From contig DATKWK010000017.1 in assembly GCA_035529595.1 (NCBI GenBank), positions 314,961 through 378,960 of the forward strand: a stretch of DNA of 64,000 bases, written 5' to 3'. Of this stretch, positions 1 through 9,064 are shown piece by piece; the first letter of the stretch is position 1, and every line of letters starts with the position of its first letter. The position numbers and the translations under genes were made by a program. This DNA is from Candidatus Bathyarchaeia archaeon (GTDB lineage: Bacteria > Patescibacteriota > Microgenomatia > PFEM01 > JAFGMK01). The notes beneath the pieces were generated by a model. It searched no databases, was not told the origin of the DNA, and saw only the letters and a program-made list of their open reading frames with translations.

Positions 1-85
1 GGAAATGAAATTCTAAATCTGTCCCGTCAACCCCGTCTGATGGACAAACTTAGAATTTTTTTTGTTTAGGGCAAATTAAAAGGGT

Positions 86-337
86 TTAACTATTATTCTC
101 TCTTTTCTTACTACCTCTCAAAACCGATAAAAGTATAACCGACGACAACAATCCGGCTGTAATTATTAATCCTTTACCAATTATCCTGTCGCAATCGATG
201 ATCACCGCAGCACAAGATAGACCTTCAGGACAAAGTGGTGTGCAGTTTCCTATACCCGGATTTAACGCTCCCGTTTTGAGTGCTATTCCCGCTGCCAATA
301 GAAACAAAGCCAAAATTGTCCAGATATATTTACTCAT
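86..337 (-). CDS. small Cys-rich membrane protein, hypothetical
   Basis: 83-aa ORF with two hydrophobic helices flanking a CTPLCPEGLSC...DCD motif. No family recognised. Confidence 0.3.
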   Translation of the reverse strand: MSKYIWTILALFLLAAGIALKTGALNPGIGNCTPLCPEGLSCAAVIIDCDRIIGKGLIITAGLLSSVILLSVLRGSKKRENNS

Positions 338-392
338 AAAACATCAAGTAAAATCCTCCTTCAGAACAATTGACTGAAACTCAAATTGAGCT

Positions 393-596
393 TTACTTTT
401 TATTTGGACATTCGGTTTCAGGCATTGGCGCACTCGGATAGCCATGCCTGACCCACTGCCCGTTAACACAAATCCAATCGTCTTCAGGCCCGCCGATGGC
501 AAACCTGACAGACAGCCACCCTAGTAATAAAATCGAAAAAATAAACAGGACTTTTTTCAGTTTCAATATTTTTCTTTTCCCGGTTTTTTTCGCCAT
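393..596 (-). CDS. GGPED-motif small signal-anchored secreted protein (paralog 1 of 3)
   Basis: N-terminal Lys-rich plus hydrophobic helix, then the conserved block GGPEDDWICVNGQWVRHGYP. The same block occurs in the 6280 and 27791 ORFs. Confidence 0.5.
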   Translation of the reverse strand: MAKKTGKRKILKLKKVLFIFSILLLGWLSVRFAIGGPEDDWICVNGQWVRHGYPSAPMPETECPNKK

Positions 597-600
597 AAAT

Positions 601-1026
601 TTAATAGAGACAGCCTTTTATCGGCACAGTCTTAATAATGAGATCGTACATTTGTTGATAGTTCTGGCTGAGAAGATTTTCTTGCCAGTCAAAGTAGCCA
701 TTGGCCTTTTTTAATTCCTCTTTTACCTCTGCCTCATTCAGATTGCCCCTTTTTATACACATCGGGGGCAGGTTTGGACGGGTCTGTTTTGTCTCTACGC
801 AGCGGGTGATTGTTTTAGACGCTATGGTTGAGGCGACTTTTTGACGAAGGCTCTTTAGCTGAACAAGAGTATTATTCCGCATGCTTAAGGCAGAACTAGT
901 GTAACTGGTCAAATCTTCTTCGAAGGTCCGGGGAGAATCGACAGTAATTTCCGTCTCATAAACTTTGTAAGAATCTCCAGAACCAACGTAGACTTTTTTC
1001 TTTTTCTCCGCCTTCCGAACCATCAA
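601..1026 (-). CDS. hypothetical protein (possibly the C-terminal part of the same gene)
   Basis: 141-aa ORF. It has no independent in-frame start downstream of the overlap. Confidence 0.3.
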   Translation of the reverse strand: MMVRKAEKKKKVYVGSGDSYKVYETEITVDSPRTFEEDLTSYTSSALSMRNNTLVQLKSLRQKVASTIASKTITRCVETKQTRPNLPPMCIKRGNLNEAEVKEELKKANGYFDWQENLLSQNYQQMYDLIIKTVPIKGCLY

Positions 1027-1423
1027 ATTTAAGGAAGTTTATTTGAAATCTATCGTTGGTAACCGTTGGCGCTGAGTTGTCGGCAAAACTGAAATTTACT
1101 CCCCAACCAGGCTGGGCCGGTAAAAAGTCAACCTCTAAACCGACACCGTAAACTTCCGGAAGCGTATATTCTGTCGTAAAAAGCGTAACTTGATACTTAT
1201 CTCTATTACCACTCTTGCACCCCAAGCCATTGCACCAGGATGCTTGATAAAAATTACCGACCTCAGAATAATCTTGGTAATTTTTCCAGGAAGATTTATT
1301 CCAGTTTCTTATGTATTGATCTAAAGTTTGTATCCTTTCTTTATCCTCTTTAGACTGAAAGACGAGGTTATTCCAGCCGCTAAATAGTTGGGTTTTTTGA
1401 TTGGTTTTCTGCCGCAGGTTCAC
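956..1423 (-). CDS. hypothetical protein (possibly the N-terminal part of a frameshifted gene)
   Basis: 155-aa ORF. Overlaps the next ORF by 71 nt in another frame, across an A/T homopolymer run near 990-1010. Confidence 0.35.
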   Translation of the reverse strand: MNLRQKTNQKTQLFSGWNNLVFQSKEDKERIQTLDQYIRNWNKSSWKNYQDYSEVGNFYQASWCNGLGCKSGNRDKYQVTLFTTEYTLPEVYGVGLEVDFLPAQPGWGVNFSFADNSAPTVTNDRFQINFLKFDGSEGGEKEKSLRWFWRFLQSL

Positions 1424-1533
1424 GGCTTGGGTCTTGGATACTAAAAAAATAGACTAGTAAGAAAAAGTGTGTTAGTATTTCCATACTATGGGACAGGTCG
1501 AGAGTGGGATAGATAGGGGCCCTGATTTTAGTA
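1411..1533. repeat. left copy of a ~123-bp inverted repeat (promoter plus 5' end of the NUDIX gene)
   Basis: About 85% identical to the reverse complement of 62588-62712, with a 72-nt core near 95%. Contains TAGACT-17-TAGTAT and the ATG of the 1488 gene. Confidence 0.8.
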
Positions 1534-2144
1534 AAGAAGTCTTAACTCCTATCGGGGCAGCCGGTATTCTGGTTGTGAGGCAGGGGCCTGGTGAAACAAG
1601 ATTTCTCTTAGGACAAAGATTAGGTCCATTGGAACATTTGCGCTATAGTCCTCCGGGAGGAAGATTCGAACCAGAGGAAGCAGAAGATCCCAGAAAATGT
1701 GCCGTTAGGGAACTGGTGGATGAAACAGGAATTGACGCTTCTCCTGAAGAACTAATTCAAGTTTACGAAGGTAGGCAGGTTTTTACGGAGAGTCGAGCTG
1801 TTTTTTTATATTTTGGTTATATTCTTATCTGGCAGGATAGAATGGGGGAACCGCAAAACAGAGAGCCGGATATACATAGAGATTGGCAATGGTTAAGCAG
1901 ACGTCAAATACAGGAATTAAGGGAGGCAGATCTAGCCGCTGCCGCGGTGGAGCTCTTAAATGCTTATGATAAATTTGAAATTAATCAATTGAGCAAGGCA
2001 GCTTTACCGGAAAGACTGCCTCTGAGGCATGACGTTATTGTTCCAAGATTGTTTACTGGAACAGATGATACAAGTCGTAATGATCTAGGTCTTTCAACTA
2101 CAATGAAAGATTTGGAAGAAAGAATTTCTCGCCGTCGTCCGTAA
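1488..2144 (+). CDS. NUDIX hydrolase
   Basis: Nudix-box-like GGRFEPEEAEDPRKCAVRELVDETGI. The promoter sits only ~9 nt upstream of the ATG, so the mRNA is probably leaderless. Confidence 0.55.
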   Translation: MGQVESGIDRGPDFSKEVLTPIGAAGILVVRQGPGETRFLLGQRLGPLEHLRYSPPGGRFEPEEAEDPRKCAVRELVDETGIDASPEELIQVYEGRQVFTESRAVFLYFGYILIWQDRMGEPQNREPDIHRDWQWLSRRQIQELREADLAAAAVELLNAYDKFEINQLSKAALPERLPLRHDVIVPRLFTGTDDTSRNDLGLSTTMKDLEERISRRRP

Positions 2145-2285
2145 AAGGTGCAAACTGACGTCTATTTCTATTATTGAGAGTATATTTAATCGCTTAGGAT
2201 CAGATTTATTTTGCAAACCTTGTTATACTAAGATTAGTTAATTGAATAGAAATATTGTGTCTCAACAAAAGGAGGTGCAAATATT

Positions 2286-2528
2286 ATGCCGCGCAAGAAG
2301 AAAGAAGTTTTTAAAATTAACGGTGACGAATTGCTAAAAAAGGTTAGACAACTAATAAGAGAAGGCAATGTCAGAAGAATTTCCATCAAAAACAAAGAAG
2401 ACGAGGTTATCGCCGAGTTTCCCCTGACTTTTGGGGTAATTGGCGCCGTTGTCGCCCCGGTTTTGGCTGCGATCGGTGCCATTGCCGCCTTGGTAGGCGA
2501 ATGTACGATGTCCGTTGAAAGAGACTGA
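2286..2528 (+). CDS. DUF4342 family protein
   Basis: MPRKKKEVFKINGDELLKKVRQLIREGNVRRISIKN... followed by a Gly/Ala-rich C-terminal helix, typical of DUF4342. RBS aaggagg at 2269. Confidence 0.6.
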   Translation: MPRKKKEVFKINGDELLKKVRQLIREGNVRRISIKNKEDEVIAEFPLTFGVIGAVVAPVLAAIGAIAALVGECTMSVERD

Positions 2529-2622
2529 TAGTATCCCGAAAGAGTTTAAATAATATTTCATTGGATGCTGCTGAAGGAGGTGAGGAAAAACGGAAAATAC
2601 CAGTCAACAATTATGGCAGTTC

Positions 2623-2850
2623 TTGAATAATCCGCAATTTGTTATCCCGCTTATTGTTTGGGCTGTTTTTTGGGAAGGTTTCGCTCTCTGGAAAGCAGCC
2701 ACAAAACGCCAGTTGGTTTGGTTTATTATTTTATTGATTACCAATTCACTGGGACTACTGGAAATTACTTACGTCTTTTTCTTAAACCGTTGGGATATTG
2801 ATAACGGAAAACTGCTGGTTCTTTTGGAAAAGAAATTTAAGAAAAAATAA
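2623..2850 (+). CDS. small two-helix membrane protein, hypothetical
   Basis: 75 aa with two TM helices and a WKAATKRQ loop. Confidence 0.4.
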   Translation: MNNPQFVIPLIVWAVFWEGFALWKAATKRQLVWFIILLITNSLGLLEITYVFFLNRWDIDNGKLLVLLEKKFKKK

Positions 2851-2861
2851 GATTAATCTGT

Positions 2862-3599
2862 TTATCGCTTTATTTCAAGTTTTCTGCTGCCTTCGCGGAA
2901 GCTTAAACCGGACATATCATCTTTATTTTCTCTGAGAAACTTGCTTACGTTTTCAGGGTCTTTTTGAGACATTTCCCGCAAGGTCCATCCGATTGCTTTC
3001 CGGATAAAAAACTTTGCTCGCTTGTTTTGCAGTTTGTTTTTGTATTTTTTGTCTATCCAATCTTCATTGAATTGAGATTTAGCTAGCCTAAAAAATAAGT
3101 TTCTGCTCCCCTTATTGATCCCTTCCCGGAATAATAATAACTGTGCCAAAAGAGCCGATCTTCTGATCCAAAAATCATCGTCTTTTATCCATTCTTCCAA
3201 AATTTTGTAGGCGCTTTTGTCTTTTGCTAAAATTTCCGGCATTACGGGAATGATAAAGCCATCCAGAAGGGCCCAGCCTTTGCATTCTCTGGCCCATTTT
3301 TCTATCCAGGTTAAATCTGATTTATTCATTTTCTGTTTATGAAGCTCCACGATCTCCAAGGCGAAGCTTTTTTCTTCAAAGGAATCTTGGTCCCAGAACT
3401 TTTGGGCTAATTCTAAGGCTGTTTTCTTGGAAAGATTCTTGAGTTTACTTCGGTATTTCTTTAAATGTGCTCTTCTTTTCCCTGTGGGGATGCCGTAATG
3501 AACCAGATCCGAATATAAATATTTTTTCGCCTTTTCTGCTCGTAGAGGATCTTGATTCTGCTTAAGAAAAATCCGATATCTTTTTAGAATGTTGGACAT
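2862..3599 (-). CDS. DNA alkylation repair protein, AlkD/AlkC-like HEAT-repeat family
   Basis: 245 aa with helical-repeat composition and motifs WIRRSALLAQL and IRKAIGWTLREMS typical of PF08713. Confidence 0.65.
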   Translation of the reverse strand: MSNILKRYRIFLKQNQDPLRAEKAKKYLYSDLVHYGIPTGKRRAHLKKYRSKLKNLSKKTALELAQKFWDQDSFEEKSFALEIVELHKQKMNKSDLTWIEKWARECKGWALLDGFIIPVMPEILAKDKSAYKILEEWIKDDDFWIRRSALLAQLLLFREGINKGSRNLFFRLAKSQFNEDWIDKKYKNKLQNKRAKFFIRKAIGWTLREMSQKDPENVSKFLRENKDDMSGLSFREGSRKLEIKR

Positions 3600-3786
3600 T
3601 AATCTTTAAGCTGATTTTGGTAATTATTGTTATTATTATAAGCAAACAGACTTTTCTTTAGTAGATGAGGACAAAAGACGCGTGGTGTCCATCCCCGGGG
3701 TGAATAAATTTGTCAAAGAGTGTGAGTAAAACTACGCAGAATCGATAATTTTTTACCGGAAGGAGCATTTTTGATAAAATAAATTC

Positions 3787-4314
3787 ATGTTTAACAATCA
3801 GGCCATACAACCTAAATTTCTCTATCACGCTTCTCAAAATAGAAATATAAAAATTCTAAAGCCTAGGGCTAAAAGCATTAGGAGTTCGGATGAAGGTCCG
3901 GTCGTTTTTGCATCACCCGATAAAGCTTATGCCTCAATGTTTTTGGTTCCCAGTGATGACTGTTGGACTAGTAAAGGACAATTTGATGGGTGGTACTACC
4001 AAGCCATCTCTGAAGAGGAACGATACAGGAAGTTGGATAAAGGCGGAGCTATCTATACTTTTAAATCAAATACTTTTAAGTCAGACCCGACAAGAGGCAT
4101 GAGAGAAAAAGAGTGGATAAGTAAAGAACCGGTTAAACCAGTTAAAAAGGAAATATATGAATCCGGTCTTGATGCAATGATGCAATTAGGAGTAAAGGTA
4201 GTTTTTATCAGTCCGGCAGTTTTCTCCAGGTTTAGACAAATGCTTAGAAGAGGATTAATAAAAGAAGCCTTCAAACTGATTTTTTCTCCCGATTTGACTT
4301 CGAATTTACTGTAA
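3787..4314 (+). CDS. hypothetical protein with H-Y-E ADP-ribosyltransferase-like motifs (tentative)
   Basis: N-terminal PKFLYHAS resembles the (L/Y)YHGT NAD-binding motif of Tpt1/KptA and DT-like ARTs. Later GWYYQAISEEERY supplies YY and acidic residues. Recalled from memory, weak. Confidence 0.3.
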   Translation: MFNNQAIQPKFLYHASQNRNIKILKPRAKSIRSSDEGPVVFASPDKAYASMFLVPSDDCWTSKGQFDGWYYQAISEEERYRKLDKGGAIYTFKSNTFKSDPTRGMREKEWISKEPVKPVKKEIYESGLDAMMQLGVKVVFISPAVFSRFRQMLRRGLIKEAFKLIFSPDLTSNLL

Positions 4315-4601
4315 CTAATTTACCGGAATTTTTACCCTTTTGTCATTCTAACTTTGACGGCTATCGGAGAAAGAAGTTAGCGAAGCGTAAAAACATGCGC
4401 TTCGATAATAATCCTAACGTTCCAGAAATATTATAGGTTTACATCTTAAGTTTTTGATTAGGAAATACTGGTTACTTCTTTGGCAATTTATGTTTTTCAA
4501 GCTTATTCGTTTTCTATGTTAAAATAAAAAGTACGAATTTAAAAATACGACAATTACCGACATTACCCGGCTTAATCAATTGATTTTTATTATAGAGAGC
4601 C

Positions 4602-5093
4602 TTGTTAATTCAGATGAAAACTGCTGCTTCCATTTTAAAGGTGATTTATAAAGAGTTGGTAAAAAAACACCAACAGGGGGTGTCTTTTATAATTTTTCTC
4701 TTTTTCTTGATTAGTTTTGTCCTCTCCAGAACTTGGACTTATCTTGCCTTGAGAAATATCGTCCCTGAATCTTTAACCGAAAATATTAACGGTGTCCATA
4801 TTCACCATTTCGCTTATGGAATTCTTCTAACCAGTGTTCTTGGTTATCTGGCCTTAAGTTTACCACATCGATACTTAGAAAAATGGAGAATCGAACTGGG
4901 AATATTGTATGGCATTAGCCTGGGTTTGACTTTTGATGAATTTGGAATGTGGCTGAGGTTGCGGGATGATTACCCGAGTCGTTTAAGCTATGACGCGGTC
5001 ACTATTATCGGCATTATTTTTGTCAATATCGTCTATTTTAGCGGCCTTTGGCGAAAATTGATTAAGAAAATTTATCAATGGTATTTTATCTGA
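4602..5093 (+). CDS. integral membrane protein, hypothetical
   Basis: 163 aa with 4-5 TM helices. TTG at 4602, and ATG at 4614 is the more likely start. Confidence 0.4.
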   Translation: MLIQMKTAASILKVIYKELVKKHQQGVSFIIFLFFLISFVLSRTWTYLALRNIVPESLTENINGVHIHHFAYGILLTSVLGYLALSLPHRYLEKWRIELGILYGISLGLTFDEFGMWLRLRDDYPSRLSYDAVTIIGIIFVNIVYFSGLWRKLIKKIYQWYFI

Positions 5094-5165
5094 TGACTTA
5101 GGCGATAGGAAGAAAGTCTGTAAGGTGACTAAGAACCAACCTTTTTCTATGATAAGATGATTTTA

Positions 5166-5693
5166 ATGAAAGTTGCTGTCGGTTCACTCAATCCGGTTAA
5201 AATTAAAGCTGCCAAAATGGCGTTTATAAAGGTGTTTGGTGATTGTCGAGTTATTGGCGTTTCCGTTTCTTCGGGTGTTTCCGATACTCCGCTAACCATT
5301 GAGGAGGCCATCAGGGGTGCTAAGAATCGGGCAAGAAGGGCAATTAGGAAGACTGAAGCTGATTTTGGAGTTGGTCTTGAGGGTACCTTTGAACCTACCA
5401 GTCTGGGTAATTTTCTCTGCGGTTTTGTGGCTATAGTTGATAACAAAAACAGATGGGGATTTGCTAAGGGCAGCGGTTTTCTTATGCCTGAAAAAATTGT
5501 CAATGAAGTAAAAACGGGTAAAGAATTAGGTTGTATTATGGACAAAATTACCGGGATTAAAAAAATTAAGCAGCATCAAGGCGCTACCGGATATTTCACC
5601 AAAAACTTGATCTCGAGAACTCAAAGTTTTGAACAGACTCTTATATATGCTCTTTCCAGATTCATTAGGTCGGAAATGTACGAATCAGATTAA
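5166..5693 (+). CDS. yjjX: inosine/xanthosine triphosphatase (non-canonical purine NTP phosphatase, DUF84/YjjX family)
   Basis: MKVAVGSLNPVKIKAAKMAF N-terminus and overall DUF84 pattern. Confidence 0.6.
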   Translation: MKVAVGSLNPVKIKAAKMAFIKVFGDCRVIGVSVSSGVSDTPLTIEEAIRGAKNRARRAIRKTEADFGVGLEGTFEPTSLGNFLCGFVAIVDNKNRWGFAKGSGFLMPEKIVNEVKTGKELGCIMDKITGIKKIKQHQGATGYFTKNLISRTQSFEQTLIYALSRFIRSEMYESD

Positions 5694-5717
5694 CTTTTTT
5701 TAAAATAGTGCTGGTAG

Positions 5718-6236
5718 ATGTTAAAAATTAAGCCGCCGAATTTCCGATTTTGCCCGTTTTGTGCCAAAAAACTTCAGGTTAGATCGGAAGAGGAAAGAAA
5801 AAGAAAATATTGCTCTTTATGTAGTTGGACTTATTATCCTCATGCCGGTAGTGCAGCAGCAGCGATTATTATTAGAGATAGAAAAGTGCTGATGGTCAAA
5901 AGAAGGCGAGAGCCTTATAAAGATTACTGGATGTTTCCTGCCGGTTTTATTGAATTTGGCGAACATCCTTTAGAAGCTTTAAAAAGAGAGATTAACGAGG
6001 AAACCGGTCTCCGGGCCAAAAAAGCAAGTTTACTAGATATTATTCAATCTATAGACGATGGCCGCAGTCCCGGCCATTTCATTTTTTTTTATCAAGTAAC
6101 AACCACCGGAGTTACGCTTAAAACTGATAAAGAAGAGAATCAAGATATAGCTTGGATAGAAATCGACAGACCGCCTGAAAAAATTGGCTGGCAAGCGCAT
6201 AGACTAATGCTTAAGCGTCTGCAAGAAAAAGCATAG
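5718..6236 (+). CDS. NUDIX hydrolase with N-terminal zinc ribbon (NudC-like)
   Basis: CPFC...CSLC ribbon followed by the canonical Nudix box GFIEFGEHPLEALKREINEETGL. Confidence 0.7.
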   Translation: MLKIKPPNFRFCPFCAKKLQVRSEEERKRKYCSLCSWTYYPHAGSAAAAIIIRDRKVLMVKRRREPYKDYWMFPAGFIEFGEHPLEALKREINEETGLRAKKASLLDIIQSIDDGRSPGHFIFFYQVTTTGVTLKTDKEENQDIAWIEIDRPPEKIGWQAHRLMLKRLQEKA

Positions 6237-6279
6237 ACAGTAATTTACTATACTAAATTGTTTTATTAGGTATTAGTGT

Positions 6280-6504
6280 ATGATTAAACCGGTGAAAAAA
6301 ACTTCAAATATTGCTTTGTGTGTCGTTTTTGTTACTGTAGCGGCTTGGGGGATATTAAGATTCATCTTCGGCGGTCCTGAAGATACTTGGCTTTGCCAAA
6401 ACGGTCAATGGATAAAACACGGTAATCCGGCTAAACCGCCTCCGGACACCGGTTGCGGCGAAGCTTCTTCTCAGAAAGCCGCTGAGGAGTCTAAATCCTG
6501 CTGA
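6280..6504 (+). CDS. GGPED-motif small signal-anchored secreted protein (paralog 2 of 3)
   Basis: TM helix then GGPEDTWLCQNGQWIKHGNPAKPPPDTGCGE. Confidence 0.5.
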   Translation: MIKPVKKTSNIALCVVFVTVAAWGILRFIFGGPEDTWLCQNGQWIKHGNPAKPPPDTGCGEASSQKAAEESKSC

Positions 6505-6553
6505 CACCTCCGGGGTGCACACCTATTGACACCTTGGTACATGAAAAAAATAA

Positions 6554-6572
6554 TCTCTCAGTTGTTTCTCAG
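6554..6572 (+). promoter_or_regulatory. tandem direct repeat TCTCTCAG / TTTCTCAG (11-bp register), candidate response-regulator box
   Basis: Located 9-27 nt upstream of the -10 TATAAT (6581-6586) of the RR/HK operon. The same repeat is found at 8980/8991 and 33502/33512. Confidence 0.35.
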
Positions 6573-6597
6573 TAAATTGCTATAATATGCTCGCAAT

Positions 6598-7281
6598 ATG
6601 AGGATCCTGATTGTAGAAGACGAACACAAAATTGCCAATTCCATTAAAAAAGGACTGGAACAGGAGTCTTATGCGGTTGATACGGCTTATGACGGTGAGC
6701 ATGGTTTTGATCTGGCAGTTTCCGAGGAGTACGATGTTATTATTTTGGATTTAATGTTGCCCAAAATGGATGGAATGGAAATTTGCCGGAAACTTAGACA
6801 AAATGAAGGTATTCACACTCCCATTTTAATGCTGACAGCCAAAGGCCAACTAAATGATAAGATTAACGGTTTGAATGTCGGTGCCGACGATTACTTAGTT
6901 AAACCTTTTGCTTTTACTGAATTATTGGCCAGAATTAGAGCTTTAACCAGGAGGCCGAAGAGCAGCTTAAGTCCGGTTTTAGTAACGGATAACCTGAGTC
7001 TTAATACCTTAACCTTTGAAGTACAGCGGGGCGGAAAACAAATAAAATTATCAAGAAAAGAATTTGCCTTATTGGAATATCTCTTGAGGTATAAAGGCAA
7101 AATCTTGACTAAGGATCGAATAATCAATCATGTTTGGAACTATGATGCTGATATTCTTCCTAATACGGTTGAGGTTTATATCGGTTATTTAAGAAATAAA
7201 ATTGACAAACCCTTTCGAGGCCAAAAGCCTCTTATTCAAACAGTAAGGGGTTTCGGCTATAAGATAGGAGACAAAGATTAA
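6598..7281 (+). CDS. OmpR-family response regulator
   Basis: Receiver domain (ILIVEDEHKIANSIKKGL...DLMLPKMDG...K) plus winged-helix C-terminus (LTRRP...KEFALLEYL...VRGFGYKI). Confidence 0.85.
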   Translation: MRILIVEDEHKIANSIKKGLEQESYAVDTAYDGEHGFDLAVSEEYDVIILDLMLPKMDGMEICRKLRQNEGIHTPILMLTAKGQLNDKINGLNVGADDYLVKPFAFTELLARIRALTRRPKSSLSPVLVTDNLSLNTLTFEVQRGGKQIKLSRKEFALLEYLLRYKGKILTKDRIINHVWNYDADILPNTVEVYIGYLRNKIDKPFRGQKPLIQTVRGFGYKIGDKD

Positions 7282-8309
7282 TGTTTAAATCGGCGCGGAT
7301 AAAATTAACTGGCTGGTATCTTTTGATTATTATGCTTGTCAGCCTGCTTTTCAGTGGCATAATTTATACTGCTATTTCAAAAGAATTAGAACGTGGTTTT
7401 AGACAAGCCGAAATGCATTTTAGGATGGGTGAGCCAGCTATTCCATTATTCAGGCAATCTTGGCGTTTAGAAAATGCCAGCCCGCAATTGATTGAAGAGT
7501 TGGAACTGGCTAAAAAAAGACTGGTTCTAAATTTATTATCAATTAATGGAGCAATACTGGGTTTCTCGGCTATTGCTGGTTATCTCTTGGCCGGAAAGAC
7601 GCTTCAACCAATTGAAACGGTTCTTGAAGAACAAAAAAGATTTGTTGCTGATGCCTCACATGAGCTGCGGACACCTCTGACTGCCCTTAAGACCGCAATT
7701 GAAGTTACCCTCAGGGAAAAAGATATAAGTCCTAAGGAAGCCAGGTCGGTTTTAAAAAGCAACCTTGAGGATGTTAATAATTTAGAAAATTTAGCCAATA
7801 ACCTTTTGAATTTAGCCCAGTATCAAGACAACGGTCATAATCTTATTTTTCAGGATGTCAATATTGCCGCAGTAGTCAGAAATGCCTACCGGAAGATTCT
7901 GCCTCTGGCAAAGAAAAAGAATATCAAAATAAAACTTGAAGTCGAGAAGCAAGCGGTTTTTGCAAACCAGGACAGTCTGGAGAAGATGTTGGTTAATTTT
8001 TTGGACAATGCCATTAAATATACCCCTGAAGGTGGTAAAGTTTCCATAACAGCAAAGCAGGGCAAGAAAAACCTGGTTATTAAGATTAAAGATTCGGGAG
8101 TCGGCATTCCCAAGAAAGACCTGTCTCATATTTTCGACCGGTTTTACCGGGCCGAACAGTCGCGTTCGAAGGATAAAATTTCCGGTTTTGGCTTGGGACT
8201 ATCGCTGGCCAAAAGAATTATTGAAATTCACAAAGGAAGCGTGTCTGTTGCCAGTACTTTGGGTAAGGGAACTGCTTTTACCGTTAAACTTCCCTTTAGA
8301 CATTCTTAA
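7281..8309 (+). CDS. sensor histidine kinase
   Basis: Two TM helices, H-box ASHELRTPLTALK, and N/G1/G2 boxes (NLLDNAIKYT, DSGVGI, GFGLGLSLAKRI). Start overlaps the RR stop. Confidence 0.85.
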   Translation: MFKSARIKLTGWYLLIIMLVSLLFSGIIYTAISKELERGFRQAEMHFRMGEPAIPLFRQSWRLENASPQLIEELELAKKRLVLNLLSINGAILGFSAIAGYLLAGKTLQPIETVLEEQKRFVADASHELRTPLTALKTAIEVTLREKDISPKEARSVLKSNLEDVNNLENLANNLLNLAQYQDNGHNLIFQDVNIAAVVRNAYRKILPLAKKKNIKIKLEVEKQAVFANQDSLEKMLVNFLDNAIKYTPEGGKVSITAKQGKKNLVIKIKDSGVGIPKKDLSHIFDRFYRAEQSRSKDKISGFGLGLSLAKRIIEIHKGSVSVASTLGKGTAFTVKLPFRHS

Positions 8310-8466
8310 TCTCCTTTAAGCATTTTTTCAGCTGAATTGTTTTCACTACTGACTAATGTCAAAAATACTTCCTTTCTCAAATAGAGAACTACCTATTAAG
8401 CTTTTTCTCAGATTACTGGCTTATACTGCCGGTTTAGAATTATTGGGAAGGAGGTGAAATAGAAAG

Positions 8467-8925
8467 ATGCAAAATCAAAAATCAAAAACTAAAAAATTAC
8501 TGGTGATTTTCGGCCTGGCCTGTAGTTTATTGCTACTGCTTGGTATTTTCCGTAGGGGAAAGACAGCTGTTCAGGCAGCTGCTCCGAACCAGTCGTTTAT
8601 TGACCGACTCGTAGAGCGCTTTGGTCTTAACAAAGACGAAGTTACGACTGTTATGGACGAGATGCGCACTGAGCGCCAACAGCAAAGGCAAGCTTATATG
8701 GAATCCAGATTTAATCAAGCAGTTAGTGACGAAATAATTACTACTGACCAAAAGCAAGCCTTACTCAAAAAGTATACCGAAATGGAGGACAGGCATAATC
8801 AGGAACGGGAAGAGATGAGAAAGTGGGTGGAAGAAAGCGGCATTGACTTTGATAAGCTTGCTCCTTATGGAGTTGGATTCGGCGGTAAAGGCTTCGGCCG
8901 GGGACATCATTTCGTTGGTTTCTAA
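8467..8925 (+). CDS. secreted LTXXQ-motif protein, CpxP/Spy-like (tentative)
   Basis: Signal peptide, helical Gln/Glu-rich body with repeats (VTTVMDEMRTERQQ, IITTDQKQALLKK), and a Gly-rich tail. Sits right after the TCS, as cpxP does with cpxRA. Confidence 0.35.
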   Translation: MQNQKSKTKKLLVIFGLACSLLLLLGIFRRGKTAVQAAAPNQSFIDRLVERFGLNKDEVTTVMDEMRTERQQQRQAYMESRFNQAVSDEIITTDQKQALLKKYTEMEDRHNQEREEMRKWVEESGIDFDKLAPYGVGFGGKGFGRGHHFVGF

Positions 8926-8979
8926 TCGCTGGTTCGCTATTTATCAAAAAACACTTCCTGTTCTATAATAGGGAGTGTT

Positions 8980-8999
8980 TTTTCTCAGCCTTTTCTCAG
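8980..8999 (+). promoter_or_regulatory. tandem direct repeat TTTTCTCAG x2 (11-bp spacing), candidate response-regulator box
   Basis: Lies between a -10-like TATAAT at 8963 and a second TATAAT at 9025, upstream of the HlyD/ABC operon. A single copy at 8403-8411 precedes the CpxP-like gene. Confidence 0.35.
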
Positions 9000-9064
9000 A
9001 TATTAGCAATAGAATTGCCCCGGAGTATAATAGATTAAAGATTTTACAAAAAAGGGATATTTTT

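Noticed and set aside
1655-1680. GATTCGAACC (reverse complement GGTTCGAATC, a tRNA T-loop-like string)
   Set aside because: It lies inside the NUDIX ORF and encodes RFEP. The flanks do not form a T-stem or acceptor stem. No tRNA was found in the window.
7604-8129. Minus-strand ORFs inside the histidine kinase gene
   Set aside because: They are antisense shadow ORFs within a well-supported CDS, as are many other short ORFs in the list (for example 10727-10939, 11771-12217, 17051-17338, 42455-42814, 52855-53100).
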